A DNA stretch of 64,000 nt from an uncultured Gemmatimonadales bacterium. GTDB lineage: Bacteria > Gemmatimonadota > Gemmatimonadetes > Gemmatimonadales > GWC2-71-9. How positions within the stretch are numbered: position 1 is the stretch's first letter; each line of letters begins with the position of its first letter. Where the stretch lies: positions 192,001 through 256,000 of the forward strand of contig CAWHFW010000005.1 in the NCBI GenBank assembly GCA_963828735.1, read 5' to 3'. A program made the translations under genes and the position numbers. Of the stretch, positions 1 through 9,869 are shown one piece after another. The notes beneath the pieces were generated by a model that did no database searches, had not been told where the DNA came from, and saw only the letters and a list, made by a program, of their open reading frames with translations.

Positions 1-832
1 GGCCGATCGCGGCGAGCTTCTCGCTCTGGAGGATCTGGCGCTGCACGCGGGTGTACTCGGTCACGTCCTCGCCGATCGTGATGACGTGGGTGATCTCGTC
101 GCCGTCCAGGCGCATGGGGATCTTGCTGAGACGGAAGCGCCGGGTCTCGCCACCGGCCGTCACCTCCTGCTCCGTCTGCTGGATCTCGCCGGTCTCGAAC
201 ACCCGGTCGAACTCCGCGCGCAGCTGCGCCGCCGGCTGCCGCGTGAGGACATCGAAGACGGGCCGTCCCACCACCTCGTCGCGCCGAAGCCCCTGCGTGC
301 CGGTCTCGCGCTTCCGGTTCCAGCTCTGGATGCGGTAGCTCCGGTCCACGACGTACAGTCCCACCGGCAAGCTGTCGACGATGAGGCTGGTGAACCGGCG
401 GTGCTCCTCGATCTCACGCGACTGGGCCGCCACCTCCCCGGCGAGGTCGGCCGACAGCTCGACCGCCGCCAGATAGGGCGCCAGGAAATCGGCGACGATC
501 GGAAGCACGCCCGCCTCGGCGACGGCGTCCCCCAGGCGCGCCTCGAGCAGTCCCAGCCGGACGCCTTCGTGCTCGAGCACGTACCGGCGCCAGCCGGCTC
601 GCAGAGAAACCAGGTCGAGCGACCGTACAGGTGCCGGGCCGTCCGGCGTCGGTGGTGCCTCGACGGACCGAAACGCGGGCGTCCCATGTTCGCGATGCCA
701 GATCGTCACCCCTTCCGCGGGCAGGCCCCGCCGAAGGGTTTCGGCGACCGCCGCGATCGTCGCCTCGGTGCCAAGCTCCTCGTTGAGCAGCTTGGCGACG
801 GAGGCCACGAGCGCGAGCTCAGCGCTCGGCAC
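1..832 (-). CDS. PAS-domain sensor histidine kinase, NtrB-like (partial; runs off the left edge)
   Basis: Not in the ORF track. Translated by hand from GTG at 832 (GGAG upstream): ...IVDSLPVGLYVVDRSYRIQSWNRKRE...VVGRPVFDVL...IGEDVTEYTRVQRQILQSEKLAAIG, a PAS fold followed by the QSEKLAAIG segment that precedes the H-box. Confidence 0.85.
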   Translation of the reverse strand, partial: MPSAELALVASVAKLLNEELGTEATIAAVAETLRRGLPAEGVTIWHREHGTPAFRSVEAPPTPDGPAPVRSLDLVSLRAGWRRYVLEHEGVRLGLLEARLGDAVAEAGVLPIVADFLAPYLAAVELSADLAGEVAAQSREIEEHRRFTSLIVDSLPVGLYVVDRSYRIQSWNRKRETGTQGLRRDEVVGRPVFDVLTRQPAAQLRAEFDRVFETGEIQQTEQEVTAGGETRRFRLSKIPMRLDGDEITHVITIGEDVTEYTRVQRQILQSEKLAAIG

Positions 833-1331
833 GGGTGTCTCCGCGGCGCGACGGCGTGGCGGCGAGGCTCAGGATGCGCCACTGGTCGTTGAGGCGCCGG
901 AGCACCATGTGCTCGATCCACTCTCGATCCGTCACCGATCCCGCGACGGGAAGCACGCGACGCGTCACCAGCCACACGCCGGCCAGGTCCCCCTCCTGGC
1001 GATAGTCCGCCCGGAGCACGCGGATGTCGAACCGCTTCGCGTCCAGCCCCTCCAACCGTCGCGCGAGCAGGCCGAGCGCGAGATCGATCGACACGGCCTG
1101 ATGGGCGTCGTTGTCCATGGGGAGCATCGGTCCCGAGTAGGTCGCGTCCGGCCAGAACAGCGCCCGCGCCGCGCTCCAGTCGCGATCCGACAGTGTTCGG
1201 GCGTAGCGCGTCACGATCGCCTGCACGGCCTCCTCGTCCCGGCGGCTTCCGGTCGGCGTGTGATCCTCGATCCGGCAGGACGCGGCGGCGAGGAGGCCGA
1301 GGCAGAGCAGCATCCGGTGCATGCGGGTCAT
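819..1331 (-). CDS. Lipoprotein with NTF2/SnoaL-like (DUF4440-type) domain
   Basis: Lipobox-like LLAAASC; AIVTRYARTLSDRDWSAARALF...LRRLNDQWRILS pattern typical of the NTF2-like fold. Confidence 0.65.
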   Translation of the reverse strand: MTRMHRMLLCLGLLAAASCRIEDHTPTGSRRDEEAVQAIVTRYARTLSDRDWSAARALFWPDATYSGPMLPMDNDAHQAVSIDLALGLLARRLEGLDAKRFDIRVLRADYRQEGDLAGVWLVTRRVLPVAGSVTDREWIEHMVLRRLNDQWRILSLAATPSRRGDTRAER

Positions 1332-1418
1332 CGAAATCCTTGGTGGGGTGAGGAAGCGTACACCGACTGTGGCATTCAGTAAACACGCTCGCGCGGCGGT
1401 CGGACCACGGCCGGAAGG

Positions 1419-3767
1419 CTACCCTCGCACGTGGAATCGCACCTCGTGCCGGTCGTGCGTCTCGAAGCGCACACGCGGTGCGGAGAGGGGGACCTCGTCC
1501 ACTTCGGTGGACTCGACCTCCACGCCACGCAGGCCGACCGTCAGCACCAGGCGAGGCCCGAACAGGTGCCCGACCCGCAGCACGACAGACTGCGGCCGGC
1601 GCCGGACCTCGAGGTCGAGAAGGCTCCTTCCGACCCGGAGCCGCCGGAGCGCGAAGCCGTTCCATCCCGATGGAAGCGCCGGGGTCACGCTCAGAGCGGC
1701 GGCCGGTGCGTCGGGCTCGAGTCCCCAGAGCGCGGCGACCGACTCGAGCAAGGCAGGTGCGGCGCCCGTCCCGTGCAGCGCGCCCGGCGCCCGGCGCAGC
1801 GCCGCGGCCGCCGCCTCGACGATGGCGTGCGGCTCGATCCGGTCCCCGGCCCGCGCCGCGAGGGCTCTTGGCCGGAGTGCCGCGATGGCCGCCGAGCCGG
1901 CACGACCGGCCACGTTCTCGAGCGCGTCGAGCACCCGCTCGCTTGGCCCCGTTCCCACGACTTCCGCGAGGAAGGCGAGGGCCTGGGTGATCGACTCGCC
2001 CAGCCGGCGAACGCCGTCCTCGTCGCCCGCCCAGGCCAGGAGACGTTCGGCGAGCTCGAGGAAGGCCCGCGTGCCCTCCGGGCTCGGCGAGGACGCGAGA
2101 CCTCCGAACGGATACGAGGCCGGAATGCCGCCGCCCGGGTGCTGCGCCTGGGCCAGGAACTTGAGCAGCTCGCGCGCCGGATCCCGGGCGCCCGCGACGA
2201 GGAGTGCCGCGGCTGCAGTGCAGGCGCGGGTTCCGAAGCACCAGGCGTCGACGGGAGCCCGCGGACAAGCGGTGAGCATCGACCGCCCGACGCCTGGCAC
2301 TCCGATCAGCGCCTCGTCCCCGCGCTGTCTCGCCCAGTCGAACCCACGCGCAAGCAGCTCGTCCGGCGCCTCGAAGGCTGTCCCGTAGCGTTGGAGCTGC
2401 GCCGCCCTTCGCGCCCTAGCCGCGGCCACCTCGCGAACGCCGTCGCGCTCGAGGACCCGGACGGCCCGCTCGAGCTCCGGGGGATCCACCCCCGCGACCG
2501 CCACGATCCGGAGCGGCGTGACACCCCGGCACGAGATCTGGACCGCCGCGCGGCCGGGGATAGCGACCGCCTCGAGCCGACCTCCACGGACCGCGAACAT
2601 CACGCGCGGTCCGCCCGCGGACGCGGTGCGGAGGCTGAGCCCATCGGACGACGACGCGACATCGAGGTCGCCATAGGCGCCTTCGGGGTACGGCCAGGAG
2701 CGACGGAGGTCGACTTCCCATTCGGCGACGAGCTCGATGCCTTCGGGACCTCCGATGTCCCACACCACGAGCGGTACATCGGCGGCCGCGACCCAACGCT
2801 CCAGCAGTCGATGCCCACCGATCGCAAGCCCGCCCGCTACCTCGTCCGCAGCCAAGTGGCCGGGGGCGCATGGAATCCCGCCACGCACCGTCGCGTCCCG
2901 CATCACGCGGAAGGGCGGCGCCCAGACGTCCCGGTACCCGCCGGCCGGTCGGGCGCTTACGAGCATGCGGCGACCGGCGTGCATCCAGGCCGACGCCGGC
3001 GTGAGATCGAGCAGCGGAAGCGAGGTGCCGGGCCACGCGTCGGCTGGCGCGGTCAAGCGATGGGCTTCCTCCATCCTGACGACTGCGCACCGGCCCGGCG
3101 GCGGCCACAGGATGACGGGACCGGCCCGATCGTGATGCGGAATGGCGTCACCCAGGAGCGCATTGGCCAAGACCACCTCGGCCTCTCGCCGGCCGCCGTC
3201 GCCCCGCAAGGCGGGGTCGAACGCCAGACACAGCACCCCTCCGGCGCCCACCGCGAGCTCCCACGCGAGCACGGTGGACGCGTGGACGTCGAGTCCGCGC
3301 CGCTCGACCGCCACGACGCCCGCAATGTCCGGCCGCCGACCGTTCGTGTAGCAGTACATCGATTCGGATGCGCGCGTGTTCCAGGGCGCGAGCGAGGCGC
3401 CGTCACGCAACCCGGTAAACAGCGGGTGAGAGCCAAAGCCGGCGAGGCCGAACCCGGCCGGGGCCGGATCGGGAAAGGGCAGCTCGACCGGCGATGCCGG
3501 CTCGAGGCCGAGGCTGGAGAGGATCGTCGCCCCGTCGTGCGTGGCGAGGAGCCGGCCACCGCGGTGAAGCCAGGCCTCGAGTCCGGAGTCGACCCCCGCG
3601 GAGGTCCGCAGCCACACGACGTCGGTCTGGTCGAGGCGCGCGTCGGCCACGCGCTCGACGCGCGTGAGGGCGCCGATCGGCAGCCTCCGCAGCCAGGCCG
3701 AAGTCTCGTCGAGGATACGCTCGCCCGGCCGGTCACGCGGCGGATCGATCAGCGCTATCCGCCGCAT
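1419..3767 (-). CDS. Glycogen-debranching / six-hairpin glycosidase-like protein, apparently degenerate
   Basis: 782 aa. Segment AWCFGTRA...ARELLKFLAQAQHPGGGIP resembles GDE_C 'WxFGRD...L.FL...Q...G.IPHE'; C-terminal 'LWGLEPDA...PALPSGW...LRRLRVG' beta domain. Overlapping + strand ORFs are shadows. Confidence 0.55.
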   Translation of the reverse strand: MRRIALIDPPRDRPGERILDETSAWLRRLPIGALTRVERVADARLDQTDVVWLRTSAGVDSGLEAWLHRGGRLLATHDGATILSSLGLEPASPVELPFPDPAPAGFGLAGFGSHPLFTGLRDGASLAPWNTRASESMYCYTNGRRPDIAGVVAVERRGLDVHASTVLAWELAVGAGGVLCLAFDPALRGDGGRREAEVVLANALLGDAIPHHDRAGPVILWPPPGRCAVVRMEEAHRLTAPADAWPGTSLPLLDLTPASAWMHAGRRMLVSARPAGGYRDVWAPPFRVMRDATVRGGIPCAPGHLAADEVAGGLAIGGHRLLERWVAAADVPLVVWDIGGPEGIELVAEWEVDLRRSWPYPEGAYGDLDVASSSDGLSLRTASAGGPRVMFAVRGGRLEAVAIPGRAAVQISCRGVTPLRIVAVAGVDPPELERAVRVLERDGVREVAAARARRAAQLQRYGTAFEAPDELLARGFDWARQRGDEALIGVPGVGRSMLTACPRAPVDAWCFGTRACTAAAALLVAGARDPARELLKFLAQAQHPGGGIPASYPFGGLASSPSPEGTRAFLELAERLLAWAGDEDGVRRLGESITQALAFLAEVVGTGPSERVLDALENVAGRAGSAAIAALRPRALAARAGDRIEPHAIVEAAAAALRRAPGALHGTGAAPALLESVAALWGLEPDAPAAALSVTPALPSGWNGFALRRLRVGRSLLDLEVRRRPQSVVLRVGHLFGPRLVLTVGLRGVEVESTEVDEVPLSAPRVRFETHDRHEVRFHVRG

Positions 3768-3792
3768 GCGGGCGGGCTTCTCCGCGTCGCGG

Positions 3793-4278
3793 CTACGTGA
3801 GCGTGCGCAGCTGCGCCAGCAGCTCCGCGTTCTCTCGGCGCGTGCTCGGCGTCTTCTCGGCGTACGTCCAGCGGACGATGCCGTTCCGATCGATCAGGAC
3901 GTAGGCCCGGTTGGAGAAGAATCGCTCTTCGATGAGGGCGCCGTATCGGCGGCTCACCTCGCGCCTGAAGTCGCTCAGGAGGTCGATCGTGAGTCGTTCC
4001 TTGGCCTTGAATTCCTTGAGCGTCGGCACGGAGTCCACGCTGATCGGCAACACGACGGCGTCGGCACCCTGGAACTCCGCGTAGTCCTCCGTGAACGCGG
4101 ACATCTCGTTGGTGCACGTCTTGGTGAACGCCAGCGGGAAGAACGCGAGCAGCACCTTCTTCCCGCGGAGCTGCGAGAGTGTGATGTCGATGTCGGCCGT
4201 GGACGGCAGCGTGAAGTCCGGCGCCGTCGATCCCACGGCGGGGAGCGCATGCCCGGTCGCCAGCGTCGGAGACGCCAT
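3793..4278 (-). CDS. Peroxiredoxin (AhpC/TSA family, 1-Cys AhpE-like)
   Basis: APDFTL, FFPLAFTKTC (PxxxTxxC), LLSDF, RAYVLID; a single Cys. Confidence 0.9.
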   Translation of the reverse strand: MASPTLATGHALPAVGSTAPDFTLPSTADIDITLSQLRGKKVLLAFFPLAFTKTCTNEMSAFTEDYAEFQGADAVVLPISVDSVPTLKEFKAKERLTIDLLSDFRREVSRRYGALIEERFFSNRAYVLIDRNGIVRWTYAEKTPSTRRENAELLAQLRTLT

Positions 4279-4282
4279 GCGC

Positions 4283-4900
4283 TCAGGCCCCCTTCGCGCG
4301 GTCGTACCGGCGCGCGACGTCGGTCCAGTTGACCACGTTCCACCACGCGGCGACGTAGTCGGGGCGGCGATTCTGGTACTTGAGGTAGTAGGCGTGCTCC
4401 CACACGTCGCAGCCCAGGATGGGCTTCTTCCCGCTCATGAGCGGCGTGTCCTGATTCGGCGTGCTGTCGATGATGACGCCGCCGCTGCGGTCGGCGATGA
4501 GCCACCCCCAGCCGCTGCCGAACCGGCCCACGCACGCCTTCTGGAACTGCTCCTTGAACTGCGCGACGCCACCGAATGCCTTGGCAATGGCGTCCGCCAG
4601 CGCGCCCGAGGGCTCCTTGGCTCCGCCGGGGGCCATCATCTCCCAGAACATCGTGTGGTTGACGTGCCCGCCGCCGTTATTCCGGACGGGGGCGCGGATG
4701 CCTTCGGGCAGAGCGTCGATATTGGCGATGAGCTCCTCGACCGACTTCTTCTGAAGGTCCGCGTGCGGTTCCAGTGCGGCGTTGAGGTTGTTCACGTACG
4801 CCGCGTGATGCTTGTCGTGATGGATCCGCATCGTCTGCTCGTCGATGTGCGGCTCCAGGGCGTTGTAGTCATACGGCAGGGGGGGAAGGGTGAAGGCCAT
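4283..4900 (-). CDS. sodA: Superoxide dismutase [Mn/Fe], probably Mn
   Basis: [47 protein letters not shown]. Confidence 0.96.
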   Translation of the reverse strand: MAFTLPPLPYDYNALEPHIDEQTMRIHHDKHHAAYVNNLNAALEPHADLQKKSVEELIANIDALPEGIRAPVRNNGGGHVNHTMFWEMMAPGGAKEPSGALADAIAKAFGGVAQFKEQFQKACVGRFGSGWGWLIADRSGGVIIDSTPNQDTPLMSGKKPILGCDVWEHAYYLKYQNRRPDYVAAWWNVVNWTDVARRYDRAKGA

Positions 4901-5031
4901 GGCCGGCTCCTCGAGGGTAGAACAAGCTGAAATAACGACTTACCGTCTCAGACTGCGAAATATGCTGGTGCCCCCTGCGGAGGGTCAACGCGGGCTTTCC
5001 GCCGCGAGCGAACGCCGCGACATTTCCGCCC

Positions 5032-5883
5032 GTGACTGCCTCCGCCACGCTCCGGCCGCTCGAGCCCGTGCTCGTGCTCGACCGCCTCGCACCACTCCAC
5101 GCCCAGCTCATCGCGCTGCTGCGCGGTCTCACCGTCGAAGACTGGGGCCGTCCCACCGCGTGCGCGCTCTGGTCGGTACGCGACATCGCGGCGCACCTCC
5201 TCGACGACGACCTCCGCCGTCTGTCCTTCCATCGCGATGGACACGCGGCGCCCGCAGGCGGTCCGGCGAGCGCACAGGACCTCGTGGCCTTCGTCAACCG
5301 CATGAACGCGGAGTGGGTGGCGGTCGCGCGCCGGATGAGCCCTCGAGTGATCGTGGACCTCCTGGAGGTCACCGGGCCGTGGGTCGTGGACCTCTTCGGA
5401 GCCACGGATCCGTTCGCGCCGGCACACTGGTCGGTCACCTGGGCGGGCGAGGAGTCGTCAGCGCACTGGTTCGACGTGGGCCGCGACTACACGGAGCGCT
5501 GGCTGCACCAGCAGCAGATACGCGACGCCGTCGGGGCGCAGCCGCTCACCGGGCGCGAGTGGCTCCATCCCGTGCTCGATCTGTTCGTTCGGGCGCTGCC
5601 GGTCGCGTATCGGGAAACCGCCGCCGCCGAGGGAAGCACGGTGCGGTTCGCCATCGACGGTACGGCAGGAGACATCTGGACGCTTCGGCGCGAGCGCACC
5701 GGATGGCGCCTCTTCGCCGGCGCGGACCCTGACCCATCGGCGACCGTCACCCTGAGCGACGACACCGCCTGGCGCCTGTTCTCCAAGGGACTCAAGGGCG
5801 AGGCGGTCCGGGCGCGAGTCGGGATCGAGGGCGATCAGGCCCTCGGCGCGGTGGCCCTGGGGACGCTCGCGGTGCTGGCCTGA
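5032..5883 (+). CDS. Maleylpyruvate isomerase (MDMPI/DinB-like) family metal-binding protein
   Basis: WGRPTACALWSVRDIAAHL and ERWLHQQQIRDAVG motifs; SCP2-like C-terminus. Confidence 0.8.
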   Translation: MTASATLRPLEPVLVLDRLAPLHAQLIALLRGLTVEDWGRPTACALWSVRDIAAHLLDDDLRRLSFHRDGHAAPAGGPASAQDLVAFVNRMNAEWVAVARRMSPRVIVDLLEVTGPWVVDLFGATDPFAPAHWSVTWAGEESSAHWFDVGRDYTERWLHQQQIRDAVGAQPLTGREWLHPVLDLFVRALPVAYRETAAAEGSTVRFAIDGTAGDIWTLRRERTGWRLFAGADPDPSATVTLSDDTAWRLFSKGLKGEAVRARVGIEGDQALGAVALGTLAVLA

Positions 5884-7088
5884 ACGAAGCTGAGTCGGCC
5901 GCAGCCCGTGACGAGCGCCGCCACCGCGAGTACGGTGTAGACCACCTCAGCGCGAAGGCCCGCGTCGATGGCGAAGAGTGCGCCGACGCCCCCCAGCAGG
6001 GCGGCCGTGGCTTCGAGCGCGCGTCGGGCAGCGGCACTCGCCGGTGAGATCCTGATCCAGAGCTCCAGCAGGAGCGCGGCCACGATCAGCAGCGCGGCTC
6101 CCAGCTGACCGGGCGGTTCACCCGACATCAGGCCGACCCAGGCGAGCGCCACGGCCACCCCGTCGCGGCGATCCGTCGCCACCGCGTGCCACAGGCCGAC
6201 CACCACCACCGGCATCGCCAGGGCCCGCCAATGCGCCAGGCCATCGGGCACCGCCGGAACCACGACCCGAAGGACGAGGAGCGCACCGGCGAGCGCGGTG
6301 AGCGCCGCGGGTTCCTCACGGTGCAGTGGCCAGAGCCCGCTGGCTGCCCATGACGCCACGATGAGGACGAGCCCGAGCAGGCGTTCGGCGGCCGGACTCC
6401 AGGGCAGGTCGGGCAGCGAAACGACTGCCAACCCCTCTGGTCCGGCGATCGTGGACATGAGCCACCACGCGGGAATCACCAACGACGCCAGCAACGGCGC
6501 GATCGGGAGCGGGCGGTCTCCCTCCGCCCAGCGCACGCGCCACCCAGCGAATGCGACGAGGAGGGTGCCGAGGAATACGTGGCCGGCGGCGGGGCCCACC
6601 GCGGCGAGCAACGTCCCGAGCGCGATCGCGACGACGGAGATGCGGGGCCCGGGACGGCGCTCGTTCGCCACGAGCGACCGCGGGGTGAGCCGTGCGGCTG
6701 CGCACAGCAGATACCCCATGCCGGCGAGCGCGACCAGCGCGGCAACCAGGCCGCCGATCGAGGCGCGGACCACCCATGTCGCTGCCTGGAGGGCGAGCAG
6801 TACCCCTCCCACGCTCGCGACAGCCGAACCAGCCACGTTCGCCGGCGATCGTTCGCGTCGCAGCGTCACGAACGCACTGCCCATGGCTAGCGTCGCGCCC
6901 AGGGTCAGGAGCGCCGCTTCGACGGCGACGAACCCCGCCGGCAATGATTCGGCGGGCGCCGGACCGGCCCCAAGTCCCGCCAGCGCGAGGCCGGATGCAA
7001 CCGTTGCGAGCGCCGCCAGCACCCGGCCGCGTCCGTCCGAAAGCAGGGCGGCGCCGAGGAGAACAAGCAGAAATCCGGGATGGATCAT
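5835..7088 (-). CDS. Polytopic membrane protein of unknown function
   Basis: Many hydrophobic Ala/Leu/Gly stretches; ATG at 7088 (MIHPGFLLVLL); 3' end overlaps the convergent gene. Confidence 0.6.
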   Translation of the reverse strand: MIHPGFLLVLLGAALLSDGRGRVLAALATVASGLALAGLGAGPAPAESLPAGFVAVEAALLTLGATLAMGSAFVTLRRERSPANVAGSAVASVGGVLLALQAATWVVRASIGGLVAALVALAGMGYLLCAAARLTPRSLVANERRPGPRISVVAIALGTLLAAVGPAAGHVFLGTLLVAFAGWRVRWAEGDRPLPIAPLLASLVIPAWWLMSTIAGPEGLAVVSLPDLPWSPAAERLLGLVLIVASWAASGLWPLHREEPAALTALAGALLVLRVVVPAVPDGLAHWRALAMPVVVVGLWHAVATDRRDGVAVALAWVGLMSGEPPGQLGAALLIVAALLLELWIRISPASAAARRALEATAALLGGVGALFAIDAGLRAEVVYTVLAVAALVTGCGRLSFVQASTASVPRATAPRA

Positions 7089-7298
7089 ATTTTGCACTGC
7101 CGCATACGCCGAACGGAGTTCCATCCGGACCGTTCAGCGCTGTTCCCTCGGAAAATCGCCGATGAGACGCGCACGTATAGCGATGCCGTCGTGTGAGATG
7201 AACGGGTAGAACGCAACCCGTGCAGGTTATCTGCAAGGTACCCGCCGTTCGTCCAGCCGGACTGCCGCACCACCCGTTGACGAAGGGATCGAGACCCC

Positions 7299-8402
7299 GT
7301 GACCGTTGCGATTGAAACCACCACGACCCCCTCTCCGAGCTCGCACGTTGACGGCGGAGACGATCGCCGGCGTCAGATGCCCAAGCGTCGCGCATGGCGT
7401 CCGGCTACCGAGCTCGCCGTGGACCTCGGCACCGCCAACACGCTCGTGTTGGTGAAAGGTGAAGGGGTGGTGCTGAACGAGCCCTCGGTCGCCGCGGTGG
7501 ATCAGGCGACCGGGAACATCATGGGGATCGGGCTCGAGGCCAAGCGGATGCTCGGCCGGACACCGGACGGGATCCTCGCGGTGCGACCGATGAAGGATGG
7601 GGTCATCGCCAACTTCGATGTCGCGGAGAAGATGCTCCGCCACTTCCTCCGGCTGGTGATCGACCGGACCATCTTCAAGGTCAAGCCGACGGTCATCGTC
7701 TGCGTCCCGTCGGGAATCACCGAGGTCGAGCGCCGCGCCGTGCGCGACTCGGCGCGGTCCGCGGGCGTCAAACGCCTGCTCATGGTCGCGGAGCCGATGG
7801 CGGCGGCGATCGGCGTGGGCCTGCCGGTGGATACCCCGGTCGGCAGCATGGTCATCGACATCGGCGGCGGCACCACCAACATCGCGGTCATCGCCCTCGG
7901 CGGCATCGTGTGCGACGCGTCGATCCGCACTGGCGGCGACGAGCTGGACCAGGCCATCGTCCAGTTCATGCGCAAGAACTACAGCCTCCTCATCGGCGAG
8001 CCCACCGCCGAGCGGATCAAGATCCGCCTCGGCTCGGCGGTCCCGCTCGAGCGCGAGGAGGAGATGGATGTGAAGGGTCGCGATCTCGTGTCCGGCCTGC
8101 CCAAGACGGTCCGGGTGGACTCTTCCGGAGTGCGGGACGCCATTCAGGAACCGGTGAGCCGGATCGTAAATGCCGTGCGCCGGGCCCTCGAGATGACGCC
8201 TCCCGAGCTGGCGAGCGACATCCTCGAGCGCGGCATCGTTCTCACGGGCGGCGGCTCCCTCATCCGCGGGCTCGACGCCCTGCTGATGGACGAGACCGGC
8301 CTGCCTGTACGGGTGGATGACGACCCGCTCACGTCGGTCGTCCGCGGCACCGGTCGCATCCTCGATGACTTCACCAGGTACAGCAACGTCCTGACGACCT
8401 GA
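7299..8402 (+). CDS. mreB: Rod shape-determining actin-like ATPase MreB
   Basis: VDLGTANT, EPSVAA, RPMKDGVIA, VPSGITEVERRAV, EPMAAAIG, DIGGGTT, LTGGGSL. Confidence 0.95.
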   Translation: MTVAIETTTTPSPSSHVDGGDDRRRQMPKRRAWRPATELAVDLGTANTLVLVKGEGVVLNEPSVAAVDQATGNIMGIGLEAKRMLGRTPDGILAVRPMKDGVIANFDVAEKMLRHFLRLVIDRTIFKVKPTVIVCVPSGITEVERRAVRDSARSAGVKRLLMVAEPMAAAIGVGLPVDTPVGSMVIDIGGGTTNIAVIALGGIVCDASIRTGGDELDQAIVQFMRKNYSLLIGEPTAERIKIRLGSAVPLEREEEMDVKGRDLVSGLPKTVRVDSSGVRDAIQEPVSRIVNAVRRALEMTPPELASDILERGIVLTGGGSLIRGLDALLMDETGLPVRVDDDPLTSVVRGTGRILDDFTRYSNVLTT

Positions 8403-8853
8403 GACTTCCGGGCGGCCGAGAGGCCGCTCGGGCCCCAGCCCCACACGCCGGTGGTCCCGCCCGAGGGCGAGGTCACCGGCGTGTGGTCTTTCTGTGGGCT
8501 CTCCCCAACAACTCCGGGCCGCATCGCCCCCTCACCACGCACTGCAATCCCTGGCCTCGGTGCATCGAGAGCCTACAGTTGGAACGGGTAAGCGCGGCCT
8601 TCCACGCCGGTTACCCCGATTGTCACGGGATCGTGCAGCGGCCCCGGCCGTTTGGCATGCCTATTCCTTAACAAGGAAACGCGCGCCTCTACCGTGGATC
8701 TCGAGGCGCACGTCCCGATCCCGGAGGTCTCGTGCAGTCGTCCCAGCTCTTTACGGTGACGCTCGGCGCACTCTCGCTCGCCGGTTCGCCTCCCGTCGCG
8801 GCTTCCCCGGCGGCGCTGCCGGCGCCGTCTCATCCCACTACGGGCAGGTGACT

Positions 8854-9270
8854 ATGACACCCTCGACCGAGGTGCTGCTGATCGAAGACGAGGCCGCCGA
8901 CCGCATGCTGGTGCAGGAGCTGGTGGCCCACAAGGGGCGCGGGCGCATTCGCGTGACCGAGGCGCCCGACCTGGCGACCGGCCTGGCCTTGCTGAGCTCC
9001 CGGGCCTTCGATCTGGTGTTATTGGATACGAAGCTGCGCGACGTGTCGGCGCTGTCCGCACTCCGCGCCGTGGGAGAGTGCGCGCCCGATACGCCGATTC
9101 TGGCCCACCCCACGTTCCTCACGATCGAGACGCGCCAGGCGGCGCGGAACCGTGGACCATGGGACGTCGTCGAGCGGGGCGGGCTCAACCCGATGTGGGC
9201 GGCCATGACCAACCTGCTCGCGCCGACACCCGACGAGCGTATCGCGGACAACCGCCTGCTGACGAACTGA
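8854..9270 (+). CDS. Stand-alone response regulator receiver (atypical)
   Basis: ATG 8854: VLLIEDE...FDLVLLDTKLRDVSALSAL...PDTPIL; the conserved Lys appears replaced (VERGG). Confidence 0.75.
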   Translation: MTPSTEVLLIEDEAADRMLVQELVAHKGRGRIRVTEAPDLATGLALLSSRAFDLVLLDTKLRDVSALSALRAVGECAPDTPILAHPTFLTIETRQAARNRGPWDVVERGGLNPMWAAMTNLLAPTPDERIADNRLLTN

Positions 9271-9317
9271 TCGCTCATGACCTGCGCGGCCGGCGCTCGG
9301 TACGGCCGATCGTCCAG

Positions 9318-9791
9318 TCAGATCTCGTAGCGTCCCGACGGGCGACGAACGGACCGGGGTCTCCCAGGCGTCCCCGGCGTCATCGCCGGCGGCCCGAGCA
9401 GGTCGCGCAGGCGCGCGTACAGCTCGGCGAATCCAACCGGCTTGCGGAGCACCGGCAGGTCGCGATACCCCGTGAGCAGCTCCCGATGGTCGGCGTCCAC
9501 GGCCGCGGCCATGAGCGCCACCCGCACACCCGGATCGAGATCCCGCGCGCGCTCCACCAATTCCCCACCATCCATGCGCGGCATGTCGAGGTCGGCCAGC
9601 AGAAGCTTGACCTCTCTGGGATGGGCTTCGAGGTAGTGAAGCGCCGCCCGCCCCCCGTCACAGCTCTGCACCCGGTAGCCCAGCCCGCGGACCATCCGGC
9701 ACACGGCCGATCGCGCGGCCGACTCGTCATCCACCACCAGCACCAGCGGGCCGATCCCCGCAGCCGAGCCGGCATCTACATCGTCGAGCAT
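9318..9791 (-). CDS. Stand-alone response regulator receiver (CheY-like)
   Basis: VLVVDDE, LLADLDMPRMDGGEL, VLRKPV. Confidence 0.88.
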   Translation of the reverse strand: MLDDVDAGSAAGIGPLVLVVDDESAARSAVCRMVRGLGYRVQSCDGGRAALHYLEAHPREVKLLLADLDMPRMDGGELVERARDLDPGVRVALMAAAVDADHRELLTGYRDLPVLRKPVGFAELYARLRDLLGPPAMTPGTPGRPRSVRRPSGRYEI

Positions 9792-9869
9792 GAGGCCTCC
9801 GTGCGGCCTGGGGGCCGCCGTTGGCCCTCCCCACGAAGAGGGCGCTCGGTCCGTCTTGTCTGCTTCCCG

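Noticed and set aside
1431..3800. Long antisense/alternate-frame ORFs here and throughout (e.g. 22077-23660, 28356-30182, 36058-37965)
   Set aside because: Arg/Pro/Gly-rich shadows of real genes, expected at this GC content; no recognisable motifs.
8403..8853. Structured ncRNA or riboswitch in the long intergenic gap after mreB
   Set aside because: No recognisable family motif; GC-rich hairpins are expected by chance. An Rfam/Infernal scan would be decisive.
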